Source: an uncultured Rikenellaceae bacterium (GTDB lineage Bacteria > Bacteroidota > Bacteroidia > Bacteroidales > Rikenellaceae). From it: DNA of 64,000 nt. The position numbers were made by a program, and so were the translations under genes. Of the stretch, positions 28,257 through 36,767 are shown piece by piece; within the stretch, counting starts at the first letter, position 1, and the number at the start of each line of letters is the position of its first letter. A model generated the notes under the pieces. That model saw only the letters and a program-made list of their open reading frames with translations, made no database searches and had not been told where the DNA came from. The stretch spans positions 8,488 through 72,487 of the forward strand of contig CAYJLY010000001.1 in NCBI GenBank assembly GCA_964371385.1. Reading direction: 5' to 3'.

Positions 28257-28838
28257 ATGTTATCAAAAGAATACCTCCAGCAGTACGAGCAGAGGCTCAC
28301 TCAAACACTCCTAGAGAGATGCACCCAGGCGCAAATGCTAGAAGGCGAGCTACTCGAGAGTGATGACACCAACGAGATTTGGGATAAATTCGCTCCCGAG
28401 TACATGGCAGATGCCGTGCCCAACCTAAACGACTACCCCGCTGTTGCCATCGCATGGGCGGCTTACTTTGGGGTGGCAGTTGCCTCGATTTGGGACACCG
28501 ACTGGCAGAAATACCACAACACGGAGCTCTACACCGCCCTTCGCGATGTGCGTGGTTTCGATGAGATGGATGAATACATAGTGGAAGAAGTATTGGGATT
28601 GACACTCGATTCGCCCGAGAACAAAAAGTTCGAGGAGCTCCTGCGCTCGCTTGCCCAAACTGCACAAAGCCAACTGCGCCGCGAGAACGTGGAGGATGGC
28701 ACCACAGATGCTTTCTACATTTTCGCCTCCACAACCAAGGTGTTTTTCAAGATAGGAGTGGCACTAGAATTACACCGCCGAGGCTACCAGTACCAGAAAG
28801 TTAACATGCAACTCCCCAAAGAAGAACTCCCCAATTAA
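28257..28838 (+). CDS. Hypothetical cytoplasmic protein, probably co-transcribed with folE
   Basis: 193 aa, acidic, with no signal peptide and no motif I recognise. The stop is 8 nt before the folE ATG. Confidence 0.6.
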   Translation: MLSKEYLQQYEQRLTQTLLERCTQAQMLEGELLESDDTNEIWDKFAPEYMADAVPNLNDYPAVAIAWAAYFGVAVASIWDTDWQKYHNTELYTALRDVRGFDEMDEYIVEEVLGLTLDSPENKKFEELLRSLAQTAQSQLRRENVEDGTTDAFYIFASTTKVFFKIGVALELHRRGYQYQKVNMQLPKEELPN

Positions 28839-28846
28839 CAATTATC

Positions 28847-29407
28847 ATGGACAAATTAGAAGGACTATACTCACAAATACTCGCAGAGCTAGGCGAGGAC
28901 CCACAAAGAGAGGGACTTGAAAAAACACCCGAACGAGTGGCACGCGCTATGCGTTTTTTACTGAGCGGCTACGAGCAAGACCCTATCGAGATTCTAAATT
29001 CCGCTCGATTTAAGGAGGAATACAAACAAATGGTCGTCGTAAAGGATATCGACCTATATTCGCTTTGCGAGCACCACATGCTCCCTTTCTATGGAAAGGC
29101 ACACGTGGCTTACATACCCAATGGTTATATCACGGGACTATCGAAGATTCCTCGCGTTGTCGAGTGTTTCGCTCGCCGCCTTCAGGTGCAAGAGCGTCTT
29201 ACGGTTCAGATACGTGATGCTATTCAAGAGGCTCTTAATCCTCTTGGAGTGGCAGTTGTTATAGAAGCAGGACACATGTGCATGCAGATGCGCGGCGTTC
29301 AAAAACAGAACTCTACAACCACCACATCTGCATTTACGGGCATCTTTATGAAGGAGTTTAAAACTCGTGAGGAATTCCTACAAATAATCTCCAACAAACT
29401 ACGTTAA
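28847..29407 (+). CDS. folE: GTP cyclohydrolase I
   Basis: 186 aa with the [10 protein letters not shown] zinc-site motif, plus GLSKIPR and QVQERLT. Confidence 0.95.
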   Translation: MDKLEGLYSQILAELGEDPQREGLEKTPERVARAMRFLLSGYEQDPIEILNSARFKEEYKQMVVVKDIDLYSLCEHHMLPFYGKAHVAYIPNGYITGLSKIPRVVECFARRLQVQERLTVQIRDAIQEALNPLGVAVVIEAGHMCMQMRGVQKQNSTTTTSAFTGIFMKEFKTREEFLQIISNKLR

Positions 29408-29488
29408 AGCTACGCTATCTGCAAGAGATGGCAACGTGAAAGTCGTAGATTGTATTGCGGCAAATTTGGAAAAACGAAAACTTTTTTC

Positions 29489-29496
29489 TATATTTG
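29489..29496 (+). promoter_or_regulatory. Candidate -7 box for the POT transporter gene
   Basis: tatatttg ends 72 nt before the ATG at 29569. Confidence 0.4.
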
Positions 29497-29568
29497 CCGT
29501 AATTGTGTTTTTGTGAACGCAAGTATGCAGTAAAATGAGAAAATTATTAACCAAAAAACAATAAAACT

Positions 29569-31092
29569 ATGTTGAATCAACCAAAAGGACTCATCTCCGC
29601 CTCGTTGTCGAACATGGGAGAACGCTTCGGCTTCTACACCATGATGACTATTCTGGTCTTCTTCCTTCAGTCTAAGTTTGGACTCTCGGGAACTGACGCC
29701 GGAATTATCTACGCGACATTCTATTTTCTAATTTACGCAACCGCTTTTATTGGTGGACTTATTGCCGACAAAACACAAAACTACAAAGGCACTATCCTTT
29801 GGGGTATTCTCCTAAAGATATTTGGTCACATATTCCTAGCATGGCCTATGGCAACCAAAACAGGAGGACCAACCGATGTGGCTGGTATCGTGTTTGTATG
29901 TGTGGGACTATTCATTATCGCATTTGGTAGTGGTCTATTTAAGGGTAACCTACAGGCACTTGTTGGTCAGATGTATGACAACAAAAAGTATGCCGGAAGC
30001 CGAGATAGAGGATTCGCACTATTCTATATGTTCATTAACCTAGGAGCAGTTGTTGCACCTCTTGCAGCGTTGTTTATGAGAGACTGGTGGGTTGAATCTC
30101 ACGGATTTGTCTATGAATCACAACTTCCAGCTATGTGTCATGGTCTACTTGATGGTTCGATCGCTGATACAGCTCGTGAGGCGTTCAACGGATTCGCTGC
30201 TTCTATGGCTCCAGAAATGTCACACAGCGCATTCGCTCAAGAGTACCTAGACATATTCAACCAAGGATACCACTGGGCTTTCGGTGTGTCTATTGTAGCT
30301 AACATCGTATCTCTTATCATCTACCTTTCGCACGTTAAATCATTCCCAGATCCAGCAAAAGCTGCTGCTGAAAAAGCTGCTGCCGCTGAAAATGATCCTA
30401 AGCACATCGAAATGGCTGCTGCTGAAGTTAAACAACGTATGCTTGCACTAGGAGCTGTATTTGTTGTGGTTATCTTCTTCTGGTTTGCGTTCCACCAAAA
30501 TGGCGTATCGCTTAACCTATTTGCACGTGACTACACCGATCTGACTCTATTTGGAAACGAAATCGCTCCAGAGCTATTCCAGTCGTTCAACCCATTCTTT
30601 GTTATCGCTCTAACTCCGATTATGATTGCAATATTCGGTATGCTTAACAAACGTAATATGGAACCTTCGACGTCTGCTAAAATTGCTATCGGTTTGCTTA
30701 TTGCAGCAATCGCATTTGCACTACTAGCCGTTGTATCTTACCTTGCTGACCTACCTCTTTACTCAACTGTTGTTTCTGAGGGAGTATCAAGCGTATTGCT
30801 ATCGCCATGGTTGCTTATTATCACCTACTTTATTCTTACGATTTCTGAGCTATTCATCTCTCCGATGGGTATTTCGTTCGTATCGAAAGTGGCACCTCCA
30901 AAATACCAAGGCCTTATGCAGGGTGGTTGGTTGACAGCCTCTGGTGTTGGTAACCAGCTGCTATTCATCGGTGCACTAACCTACGAAACGCTTCCTATCT
31001 GGATTACTTGGACTATGTTTACTGTTGTGTGTCTTGCATCAATGGGAACAATGCTTGCTATGAAAAACTGGCTTAACAAAATCGCAAGATAA
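29569..31092 (+). CDS. Proton-dependent oligopeptide transporter (POT/PTR2 family)
   Basis: 507 aa with about 14 TM segments. It has the N-terminal ERFGFYTM motif (ExxERFxYY type) and GGLIADK. Confidence 0.9.
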   Translation: MLNQPKGLISASLSNMGERFGFYTMMTILVFFLQSKFGLSGTDAGIIYATFYFLIYATAFIGGLIADKTQNYKGTILWGILLKIFGHIFLAWPMATKTGGPTDVAGIVFVCVGLFIIAFGSGLFKGNLQALVGQMYDNKKYAGSRDRGFALFYMFINLGAVVAPLAALFMRDWWVESHGFVYESQLPAMCHGLLDGSIADTAREAFNGFAASMAPEMSHSAFAQEYLDIFNQGYHWAFGVSIVANIVSLIIYLSHVKSFPDPAKAAAEKAAAAENDPKHIEMAAAEVKQRMLALGAVFVVVIFFWFAFHQNGVSLNLFARDYTDLTLFGNEIAPELFQSFNPFFVIALTPIMIAIFGMLNKRNMEPSTSAKIAIGLLIAAIAFALLAVVSYLADLPLYSTVVSEGVSSVLLSPWLLIITYFILTISELFISPMGISFVSKVAPPKYQGLMQGGWLTASGVGNQLLFIGALTYETLPIWITWTMFTVVCLASMGTMLAMKNWLNKIAR

Positions 31093-31147
31093 TAGCAAAA
31101 TTAATTGATCTCTTGCAACTAAAGCAGAGATCAAAAACAATAAAAAA

Positions 31148-31192
31148 AGAGGTATTTCACACACTTCAAAGTGTTGAGATACCTCTTTTTTT
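31148..31192 (+). terminator. Rho-independent terminator after the POT transporter gene
   Basis: Outer stem agaggtat / atacctct plus inner acac/gtgt, followed by T7. A second 9-bp hairpin (ttgatctct / agagatcaa) lies just upstream at 31105-31134. Confidence 0.75.
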
Positions 31193-31225
31193 GGAATGAA
31201 TTTTGCTGTTTTAAGTATAACTTAT

Positions 31226-31233
31226 TACATTTG
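31226..31233 (+). promoter_or_regulatory. Candidate -7 box for the OMP gene
   Basis: tacatttg ends 47 nt before the ATG at 31281. Confidence 0.4.
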
Positions 31234-31280
31234 TATCACCCTAATTTCTAGAGTGAATATAAATTCCCGAAAAAAAGAAA

Positions 31281-31898
31281 ATGAAAAAAACCAATATACT
31301 AAGCCTCCTGCTCGTGTTGAGTATCCCCCACTCTCTTGCGCAATTCAAACCTAAAGTTGGATTTGGACTACGCTCGGGGGTGAATATTGCCGACTACACC
31401 AACTCTCGTGGTGACACTCGCATTGGTTTTACCTTTGGCGGATACACTGATCTGTATCTCACTGATAGATTTGCTTTCGAGCTCTCTGTGGGCTACTCCG
31501 AACAAGGCAGTCGAGATATTATGCCTACGTCCCAGCCTACAACTCGTATTGATAACAATCTTGACTACATGCAATTTGCATTTGGAACAAAATGGAACCT
31601 AGTGAGAGGTTTTAGAGTTTTCTCTATGGCAGGACTTGATTTATTGATGAATTCGCATAGTAATTTTCGTTCTCTCACATCACCACCCGTCCACTATTCT
31701 CGCTCACCACTCGAGGATGCAACCTCGACTCTACTTAACATTACAGGGGGAGTGGGCTATACCTTTAAGTTTGGATTAGACCTTCAGGCGAGCTACACCC
31801 ATTCCCTTACCCCCATTCTCTCGAACACCAACCACTACACCACCATGTACAGTGTGACCATTGGTTGGCGCATTCTCAGGGGGAGTTCTACTCACTAG
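31281..31898 (+). CDS. Small outer-membrane beta-barrel (porin-family) protein
   Basis: 205 aa with a signal peptide (LSIPHSLAQ) and alternating amphipathic beta-strand pattern (GFGLRSGVNIADY, FTFGGYTDLYL, FAFELSVGYSEQG). Confidence 0.7.
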   Translation: MKKTNILSLLLVLSIPHSLAQFKPKVGFGLRSGVNIADYTNSRGDTRIGFTFGGYTDLYLTDRFAFELSVGYSEQGSRDIMPTSQPTTRIDNNLDYMQFAFGTKWNLVRGFRVFSMAGLDLLMNSHSNFRSLTSPPVHYSRSPLEDATSTLLNITGGVGYTFKFGLDLQASYTHSLTPILSNTNHYTTMYSVTIGWRILRGSSTH

Positions 31899-31950
31899 AG
31901 AGATTTTCAGAGGATAACACTCTCGATAGCAAAACAGAAAGCACAAAAAA

Positions 31951-31994
31951 ATAAATCGGGCGAACACTTGTTAAAAGGTGTTCGCCCGATTTAT
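31951..31994. terminator. Bidirectional rho-independent terminator
   Basis: 17-bp stem ataaatcgggcgaacac / gtgttcgcccgatttat with an upstream A-run, between the convergent OMP gene and frr. Confidence 0.8.
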
Positions 31995-32021
31995 GTATTT
32001 ATGAACTAGCAGAACTAGAAA

Positions 32022-32585
32022 CTACACAGTCATAATTTCTTTTTCTTTTACAGAAAGCATCTCGTCTATGTTCTTGCTGAACTTATCCATGATTTTCTGT
32101 GCCTCATCCTCACCGTCTTTTGCAACATCTTCAGGCAGACCCTCGCTCTTGACAGCCTTTTTAATGGCATCGATAGTGTCGCGGCGGTAACCACGCATAG
32201 TTACACGAGTAGCCTCAGCATCAGCTTTGATTTGCTTCATCAACTCACGACGACGCTCCTCGGTCAGAGGTGGAACATTCAGACGAATCATCTCACCATT
32301 GTTCGAAGGAGTCATTCCTAGATTTGAATTGATGATAGCCTTCTCGATTACGCCCATCAAACCTTTATCCCAAGGTTGGATCATGATTGTTTTAGCATCA
32401 GGCACAGTAACACTAGCTACTTGGTTCACAGGCATCATCGCGCCGTAAGACTCGACCATCACTCCATTTAGCACGTTTACACTCGCCTTGCCAGCCTTAA
32501 CATTGCTAAGGATCTCTTGGAAGTGAGCCAACGATTTCTCCATCTTAGGAGTCATCTGATCAAGGATTTCTCTTTTTGTTCCCAT
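32022..32585 (-). CDS. frr: Ribosome recycling factor
   Basis: 187 aa with the typical RRF sequence (VRTGRA-like KAGKASVNVL, IRLNVPPLTEERRREL). Confidence 0.95.
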   Translation of the reverse strand: MGTKREILDQMTPKMEKSLAHFQEILSNVKAGKASVNVLNGVMVESYGAMMPVNQVASVTVPDAKTIMIQPWDKGLMGVIEKAIINSNLGMTPSNNGEMIRLNVPPLTEERRRELMKQIKADAEATRVTMRGYRRDTIDAIKKAVKSEGLPEDVAKDGEDEAQKIMDKFSKNIDEMLSVKEKEIMTV

Positions 32586-32631
32586 TTTCTTATGAATATT
32601 TTAGTTTATTTTGATCGAAAATTTTAAAAGA

Positions 32632-32639
32632 CAAAGTTA
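32632..32639 (-). promoter_or_regulatory. Candidate -7 box for frr
   Basis: Plus-strand caaagtta reads TAACTTTG on the minus strand, 46 nt upstream of the frr ATG. Confidence 0.45.
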
Positions 32640-32641
32640 TA

Positions 32642-32649
32642 TATTTTTG
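32642..32649 (+). promoter_or_regulatory. Candidate -7 box for the acyltransferase gene
   Basis: tatttttg ends 95 nt before the ATG at 32745 and lies 2 nt from the frr box on the other strand. Confidence 0.35.
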
Positions 32650-32744
32650 TTTTGCTTTCCAAACAACACATGTCTTATTGTTTAATTTGGCGATCAGTTT
32701 TTTTTGTTATCTTTGTAGGAATTTTAACCAAACCTAAATTAATT

Positions 32745-33881
32745 ATGTCAAAAACATTATCTCAAAAACACAATCTTGTGTGGATTGACTATGTGCGAGT
32801 GCTTGCCTGCCTTATGGTGGTCTTGGCGCACAGTGTCGATCCGTTTGTCGCCAGTGGCGACCCTGTGGACTTTCAGGCTGGCGCCATCTGGGGCTCTTTC
32901 TATCGCCCTGCAGTGCCTCTGTTTATTATGATCTCTGGTGCGCTTTTGATCCCAACCAATCTGCGCCTGGGGGAGTTTTACAACAAACGACTAAAACGTA
33001 TCCTTATCCCTTTTGCGTTTTGGAGCATCCTCTCACCCATTTTGTTCTACGTCTTTACTCAGGGCATGGATCCTGTGATGAATCCTAGTGTGAGTGCTGA
33101 CAATCACACAATTGGAGCAACGCTCAACAATCTGTGGATATGGCTCTTTAGCTTCAACTACTCGACCGTACCCTACTGGTACATCTACATGATGATAGGA
33201 CTATACCTGATCATCCCTGTTATTTCGAGCTGGGTGGCGCAGGCAACCAAAAAAGAACTACATATACTGCTAGGTATTTGGCTTTTCACAACCTTCTTGC
33301 AGTATATCGAAATAGTACTCCCTTCTCTTGGATACATGGGTAACTATGGCACTTATGGTATTTATGGCGATTGCTCGTGGAACACTTTTGACACCTTCCA
33401 GTATGTATCGGGCTTCTTGGGCTATGCTCTTTTGGGACACTATTTCCGCAAGTACCCAATACAGTGGTCAATGAAAAAGACTTTGGCTCTTTGCGCTCTT
33501 GCATATGCGGTGGGCTACGCTTTCACTTTCGAGGGTTTCCATTGGGTACGCAATAATTTCCCCGATAACTTCAACATGCTCGAGATACCTTGGGCTTACA
33601 CCAGCTTCAATGTGATGCTAATGACAGTGCCATTCTTTGTTCTAATTCAAAAGATTAACTTCAAGCCTCGCAATATCATTGCTCGAATCTCTGAGTGGAG
33701 CTACGGGATATTCTTGGCTCACTTTGTAGTGGTGCACGTAGTCTACGAGCTATTGATAGATTATCTACGAGATATATCTCCTCTGATTTCAATTTTCATT
33801 GTATTTGTATGCTCGTTTATTATCACCTCTACCATAATCGGGCTATTGCGCAAAATCCCTATCATGCGCAAACTATCTTAA
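32745..33881 (+). CDS. Acyltransferase family 3 (OafA-like) integral membrane protein
   Basis: The ORF track starts at a TTG at 32652. The ATG at 32745 gives MSKTLSQKHNLVWIDYVRVLACLMVVLAHS, a typical acyltransferase_3 N-terminus, followed by about 10 TM segments. Confidence 0.8.
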   Translation: MSKTLSQKHNLVWIDYVRVLACLMVVLAHSVDPFVASGDPVDFQAGAIWGSFYRPAVPLFIMISGALLIPTNLRLGEFYNKRLKRILIPFAFWSILSPILFYVFTQGMDPVMNPSVSADNHTIGATLNNLWIWLFSFNYSTVPYWYIYMMIGLYLIIPVISSWVAQATKKELHILLGIWLFTTFLQYIEIVLPSLGYMGNYGTYGIYGDCSWNTFDTFQYVSGFLGYALLGHYFRKYPIQWSMKKTLALCALAYAVGYAFTFEGFHWVRNNFPDNFNMLEIPWAYTSFNVMLMTVPFFVLIQKINFKPRNIIARISEWSYGIFLAHFVVVHVVYELLIDYLRDISPLISIFIVFVCSFIITSTIIGLLRKIPIMRKLS

Positions 33882-33895
33882 CAAACAAACACCTT

Positions 33896-33938
33896 AAAAA
33901 AAAGCATCATTTTCCAAAAAAAATGATGCTTTTTTTTT
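33896..33938 (+). terminator. Rho-independent terminator after the acyltransferase gene
   Basis: Stem aaagcatcatttt / aaaatgatgcttt followed by T9. Confidence 0.8.
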
Positions 33939-33958
33939 GATAGTGACATTTTTTTAAT

Positions 33959-33966
33959 TATCTTTG
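33959..33966 (+). promoter_or_regulatory. Candidate -7 box for the 82-aa ORF
   Basis: tatctttg ends 67 nt before the ATG at 34034. Confidence 0.4.
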
Positions 33967-34033
33967 AAGTAAAGAATCTTATTAAATAAAAAGATCTACT
34001 TTAGTACTAACCCTATAACAACTTTAAACGCGT

Positions 34034-34282
34034 ATGAACACTATCACATTCAACGAGCTACGTCGCATCAAAGACGCTCTACCCGATGGCTCAATGGGCC
34101 GTATTGCCGAAGAACTAGGTATCGAGCAAGACACCGTTCGCAACTATTTTGGTGGCACTCACTACAAATCTGGCGAGGGCTTCCCTCAGGGCATCCACAT
34201 GGAGCCAGGGCCTGATGGTGGTATTGTTACTTTTGATGATGTGACTATTCTTGAAAAAGCACGCCAAATCCTCGAAGGGTAA
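34034..34282 (+). CDS. Small hypothetical protein with a possible helix-turn-helix
   Basis: 82 aa. The segment MGRIAEELGIEQDTVRNYFGG looks like an HTH. The gene has its own -7 box and its own terminator. Confidence 0.55.
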   Translation: MNTITFNELRRIKDALPDGSMGRIAEELGIEQDTVRNYFGGTHYKSGEGFPQGIHMEPGPDGGIVTFDDVTILEKARQILEG

Positions 34283-34312
34283 TAAAAACAGTTTATCGAT
34301 ATTATATTCAAC

Positions 34313-34348
34313 ATCCCCTCCGACCCTTTTGTGGTTGGAGGGGATTTT
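34313..34348 (+). terminator. Rho-independent terminator of the 82-aa ORF
   Basis: 13-bp stem atcccctccgacc / ggttggaggggat (one G-U pair) followed by tttt. Confidence 0.75.
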
Positions 34349-34397
34349 ATATGCCAGCGACACGCACCCAGCGTTATGAATCCTAATACAAACTGAC

Positions 34398-34459
34398 AAA
34401 CGCAGATGATCGGTTTAACAATGCTTGCATGCTAAGGGAAATGGGAAAGACGCAGATGA
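34398..34459. repeat. Direct repeat a(a/g)acgcagatga, two copies exactly 50 bp apart
   Basis: The exact 10-mer acgcagatga occurs at 34400-34409 and 34450-34459, and 11 of 12 positions match if extended by 2 nt. Confidence 0.5.
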
Positions 34460-34556
34460 ATTGCATCTCTTTGAAGAATAAAGCCTTTGGGCGCAAGGGA
34501 AGTTTACGCTCTCTATTTAATTTATGTTTTACGCGCGCGAGCATCAGATTAGCATG

Positions 34557-34565
34557 CCCCCCCCC
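34557..34565. repeat. Homopolymeric C9 (G9 on the minus strand) tract in intergenic DNA
   Basis: gcatgCCCCCCCCCac read directly from the sequence. Confidence 0.9.
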
Positions 34566-34585
34566 ACTATACAGCTCATTCCACA

Positions 34586-34628
34586 CAAAAAGCAAGGCGA
34601 AAACCCCACGACATGGGATTTTCGCCTT
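34586..34628 (-). terminator. Rho-independent terminator of glk
   Basis: 15-bp stem aaggcgaaaacccca / tgggattttcgcctt with one mismatch. On the minus strand it is followed by gcttttt. Confidence 0.75.
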
Positions 34629-34659
34629 GAATTATTTAATAGTAAGTAAGGAGGAAGTA

Positions 34660-35622
34660 TTATTGCTCCATCTCCTGCCACACAAGAGCCGAAGCCCCAA
34701 GTACAGCTGCATTCTTACCATCGATTCCCGAAGGGAGAAGTTTCACCTTATTGCGGAAGTTCACTAGCATGCTCGCTTCCATCGCACGGCGCGTTGGTTC
34801 AAAGATGTATTTGCCAGCCTTTGCCAAACCTCCAAATAGAATAATAGCCTCGGGAGAGGTGATAGTCACCGCATCTGCCAAGGCTTGACCCAACATTTGA
34901 CCAGTATACTCATAGGCTGCAATCGCAAGAGCATCTCCATTTAGAGCTGCCATGGTAATCATTTCGGCTGTTAGGCTATTAAATGTAATATTACGGAATT
35001 CCGAGTCCTCGAGTTGATCGGCAAGCAATTTGAAAGCTGTACGCTTGATACCCGTAGCTGAGACATAAGTCTCCAAGCAACCCTTGCGACCACAACCACA
35101 CTGACGACCAGTGCGATTCACAATCACGTGGCCCAATTCGCCCGCAAATGAATCGTGGCCATAGACCAATTTACCGTTCGACACAAAGCCCGATCCTAGG
35201 CCTGTACCCAAGGTCACCACGATAAAATCTTTCATACCTCGAGCCGCACCATAGACACCCTCGCCTATTGCTGCAGCGTTTGCATCGTTGGTGATAATCA
35301 CTGGGATGTTTGGGAAATAACGTTTCATTTGTTCAACAAAAGGAACTACTCCCTGCCACACAAGGTTTGCAGCGTTTTCAATAGTGCCGTTATAGTAGTT
35401 AGCGTTAGGAGCACCGATACCGATACCTATCAACTCACATTCTACTTCGACTTGTTTTAAAAGTGCTTGAATTCCAAGATACAATTCTTCAAGATACTGA
35501 TCGAAATCGGGATACTGTCGGGTCGAGAGAACTCCCTCGCCATACATATTACCATCACGATCAACAAGTCCATACACAGAGTTTGTACCTCCAATATCAA
35601 TGCCTACAACTAACTGTTTCAT
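34660..35622 (-). CDS. glk: ROK-family glucokinase
   Basis: 320 aa with the N-terminal ATP motif GIDIGGTN, the ROK signature and the zinc motif CGCGRKGCLE. Confidence 0.85.
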   Translation of the reverse strand: MKQLVVGIDIGGTNSVYGLVDRDGNMYGEGVLSTRQYPDFDQYLEELYLGIQALLKQVEVECELIGIGIGAPNANYYNGTIENAANLVWQGVVPFVEQMKRYFPNIPVIITNDANAAAIGEGVYGAARGMKDFIVVTLGTGLGSGFVSNGKLVYGHDSFAGELGHVIVNRTGRQCGCGRKGCLETYVSATGIKRTAFKLLADQLEDSEFRNITFNSLTAEMITMAALNGDALAIAAYEYTGQMLGQALADAVTITSPEAIILFGGLAKAGKYIFEPTRRAMEASMLVNFRNKVKLLPSGIDGKNAAVLGASALVWQEMEQ

Positions 35623-35669
35623 ACTTTAAACTTAAAATTTATAGTGTTTGTTCGAATATTAATATTATC

Positions 35670-35677
35670 CAAAATTA
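35670..35677 (-). promoter_or_regulatory. Candidate -7 box for glk
   Basis: Plus-strand caaaatta reads TAATTTTG on the minus strand, 47 nt upstream of the glk ATG. Confidence 0.4.
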
Positions 35678-35709
35678 CTACTATTTTCATTAATTACAAA
35701 TTTATTGCG

Positions 35710-35717
35710 TAATTTTG
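35710..35717 (+). promoter_or_regulatory. Candidate -7 box for the polyprenyl synthase gene
   Basis: taattttg ends 30 nt before the ATG at 35748. Confidence 0.4.
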
Positions 35718-35747
35718 TGAAATAATTGTTAAGAAATTTCACTGACC

Positions 35748-36689
35748 ATGCCACAAATACACAAACACCTAGAGGACTACATCTCAAACATTCAGCTCCC
35801 CGAGCAACCCTCTAACCTCTATCAACCAATACGTTACATACTAGAAGATGGAGGCAAAAGGATGCGACCTTGTTTGGCTATTCTCGCTCACAACTTGTAT
35901 CGCGAAGCAGGCGAAGAAATTTATAGCGCGGCTATAGCTTTGGAGGTTTTCCACAATTTCACACTGCTACACGATGATATTATGGACGGAGCAGCACTGC
36001 GTCGTGGCAGAGAGACTGTTCACATAAAATGGTCTGCCAACACAGCCATTCTCTCGGGCGATGCTATGCTGATTCTTGCCTATCGCCTACTGGGCGAGGG
36101 GGTGAGTGGCGAAAAGTTACCTCGTGTGCTTGAAATTTTCAATAAAGCCTCGATGGAGGTGTGCCAAGGACAGCAGTACGACATGGATTTTGAAAACCAA
36201 AGCGCTGTTAGCCTTGACCAATATCTAAAAATGATACACCTAAAGACAGCGGTTTTGATGGCGGCATCGCTCGAGATAGGAGCATATATTGGGGGTGCAA
36301 GCAAAGAGCAGTGTCAAGCCCTATATGATTTTGGTATCAACATTGGGCTCGCCTTCCAAATCCAAGATGATTTGCTGGATACCTACGGCGATCAGAGCAG
36401 TTTTGGTAAAAGCATAGGCGGGGATATAGCTGTGGGCAAGAAAACCTTTTTGTACCTCACTGCCTACCAAAATGCTAGTGCAGAGCAAAAGACAGTTCTC
36501 GAAAAATCAAGAGATTTGCAAACCGTACGCGATATATATGACCTAATGGGTGTGAGAGAGCAGGCACAAAAAACCGTAGAAGATTATTTTGCAAAAGCAA
36601 TGGAAAATCTCACCCGAGCACAGGGTGAAACCACAGGGTACGAAAAACTAAAACTCTACGCAGATGAATTACTCAAACGCCAACGCTAA
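35748..36689 (+). CDS. Polyprenyl diphosphate synthase (trans-isoprenyl diphosphate synthase family)
   Basis: 313 aa with the first Asp-rich motif LLHDDIMDG (DDxxD) and the second, FQIQDDLLD. Confidence 0.85.
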   Translation: MPQIHKHLEDYISNIQLPEQPSNLYQPIRYILEDGGKRMRPCLAILAHNLYREAGEEIYSAAIALEVFHNFTLLHDDIMDGAALRRGRETVHIKWSANTAILSGDAMLILAYRLLGEGVSGEKLPRVLEIFNKASMEVCQGQQYDMDFENQSAVSLDQYLKMIHLKTAVLMAASLEIGAYIGGASKEQCQALYDFGINIGLAFQIQDDLLDTYGDQSSFGKSIGGDIAVGKKTFLYLTAYQNASAEQKTVLEKSRDLQTVRDIYDLMGVREQAQKTVEDYFAKAMENLTRAQGETTGYEKLKLYADELLKRQR

Positions 36690-36702
36690 CACGCAATAAA
36701 TA

Positions 36703-36739
36703 AAAAAGGGAGGATTTTTAATTAAAAATCCTCCCTTTT
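36703..36739. terminator. Bidirectional rho-independent terminator
   Basis: Stem aaaagggaggattttt / aaaaatcctccctttt between convergent genes. Confidence 0.8.
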
Positions 36740-36767
36740 GCTTGATTATTAAACTCGCACTTAGTTC

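Noticed and set aside
28297-28734. A 145-aa antisense ORF (Arg/Cys/Pro-rich) opposite the 193-aa hypothetical gene.
   Set aside because: The composition is that of an antisense shadow of a GC-richer gene. The plus-strand ORF has the promoter box and is coupled to folE.
32652-32744. N-terminal extensions in the ORF track that start at TTG or GTG codons: 32652, 41227, 38432, 10249, 55646, 62928, 50831 and 16.
   Set aside because: In each case a downstream ATG gives a canonical signal peptide or family-typical N-terminus. The extension would also run over the predicted promoter box or into AT-rich spacer.
34383-34767. ORFs of 70 aa (minus) and 112 aa (plus) in the spacer downstream of glk.
   Set aside because: Both run through terminator hairpins, and the 112-aa ORF also overlaps the glk 3' end antisense. 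The translated sequences look random.
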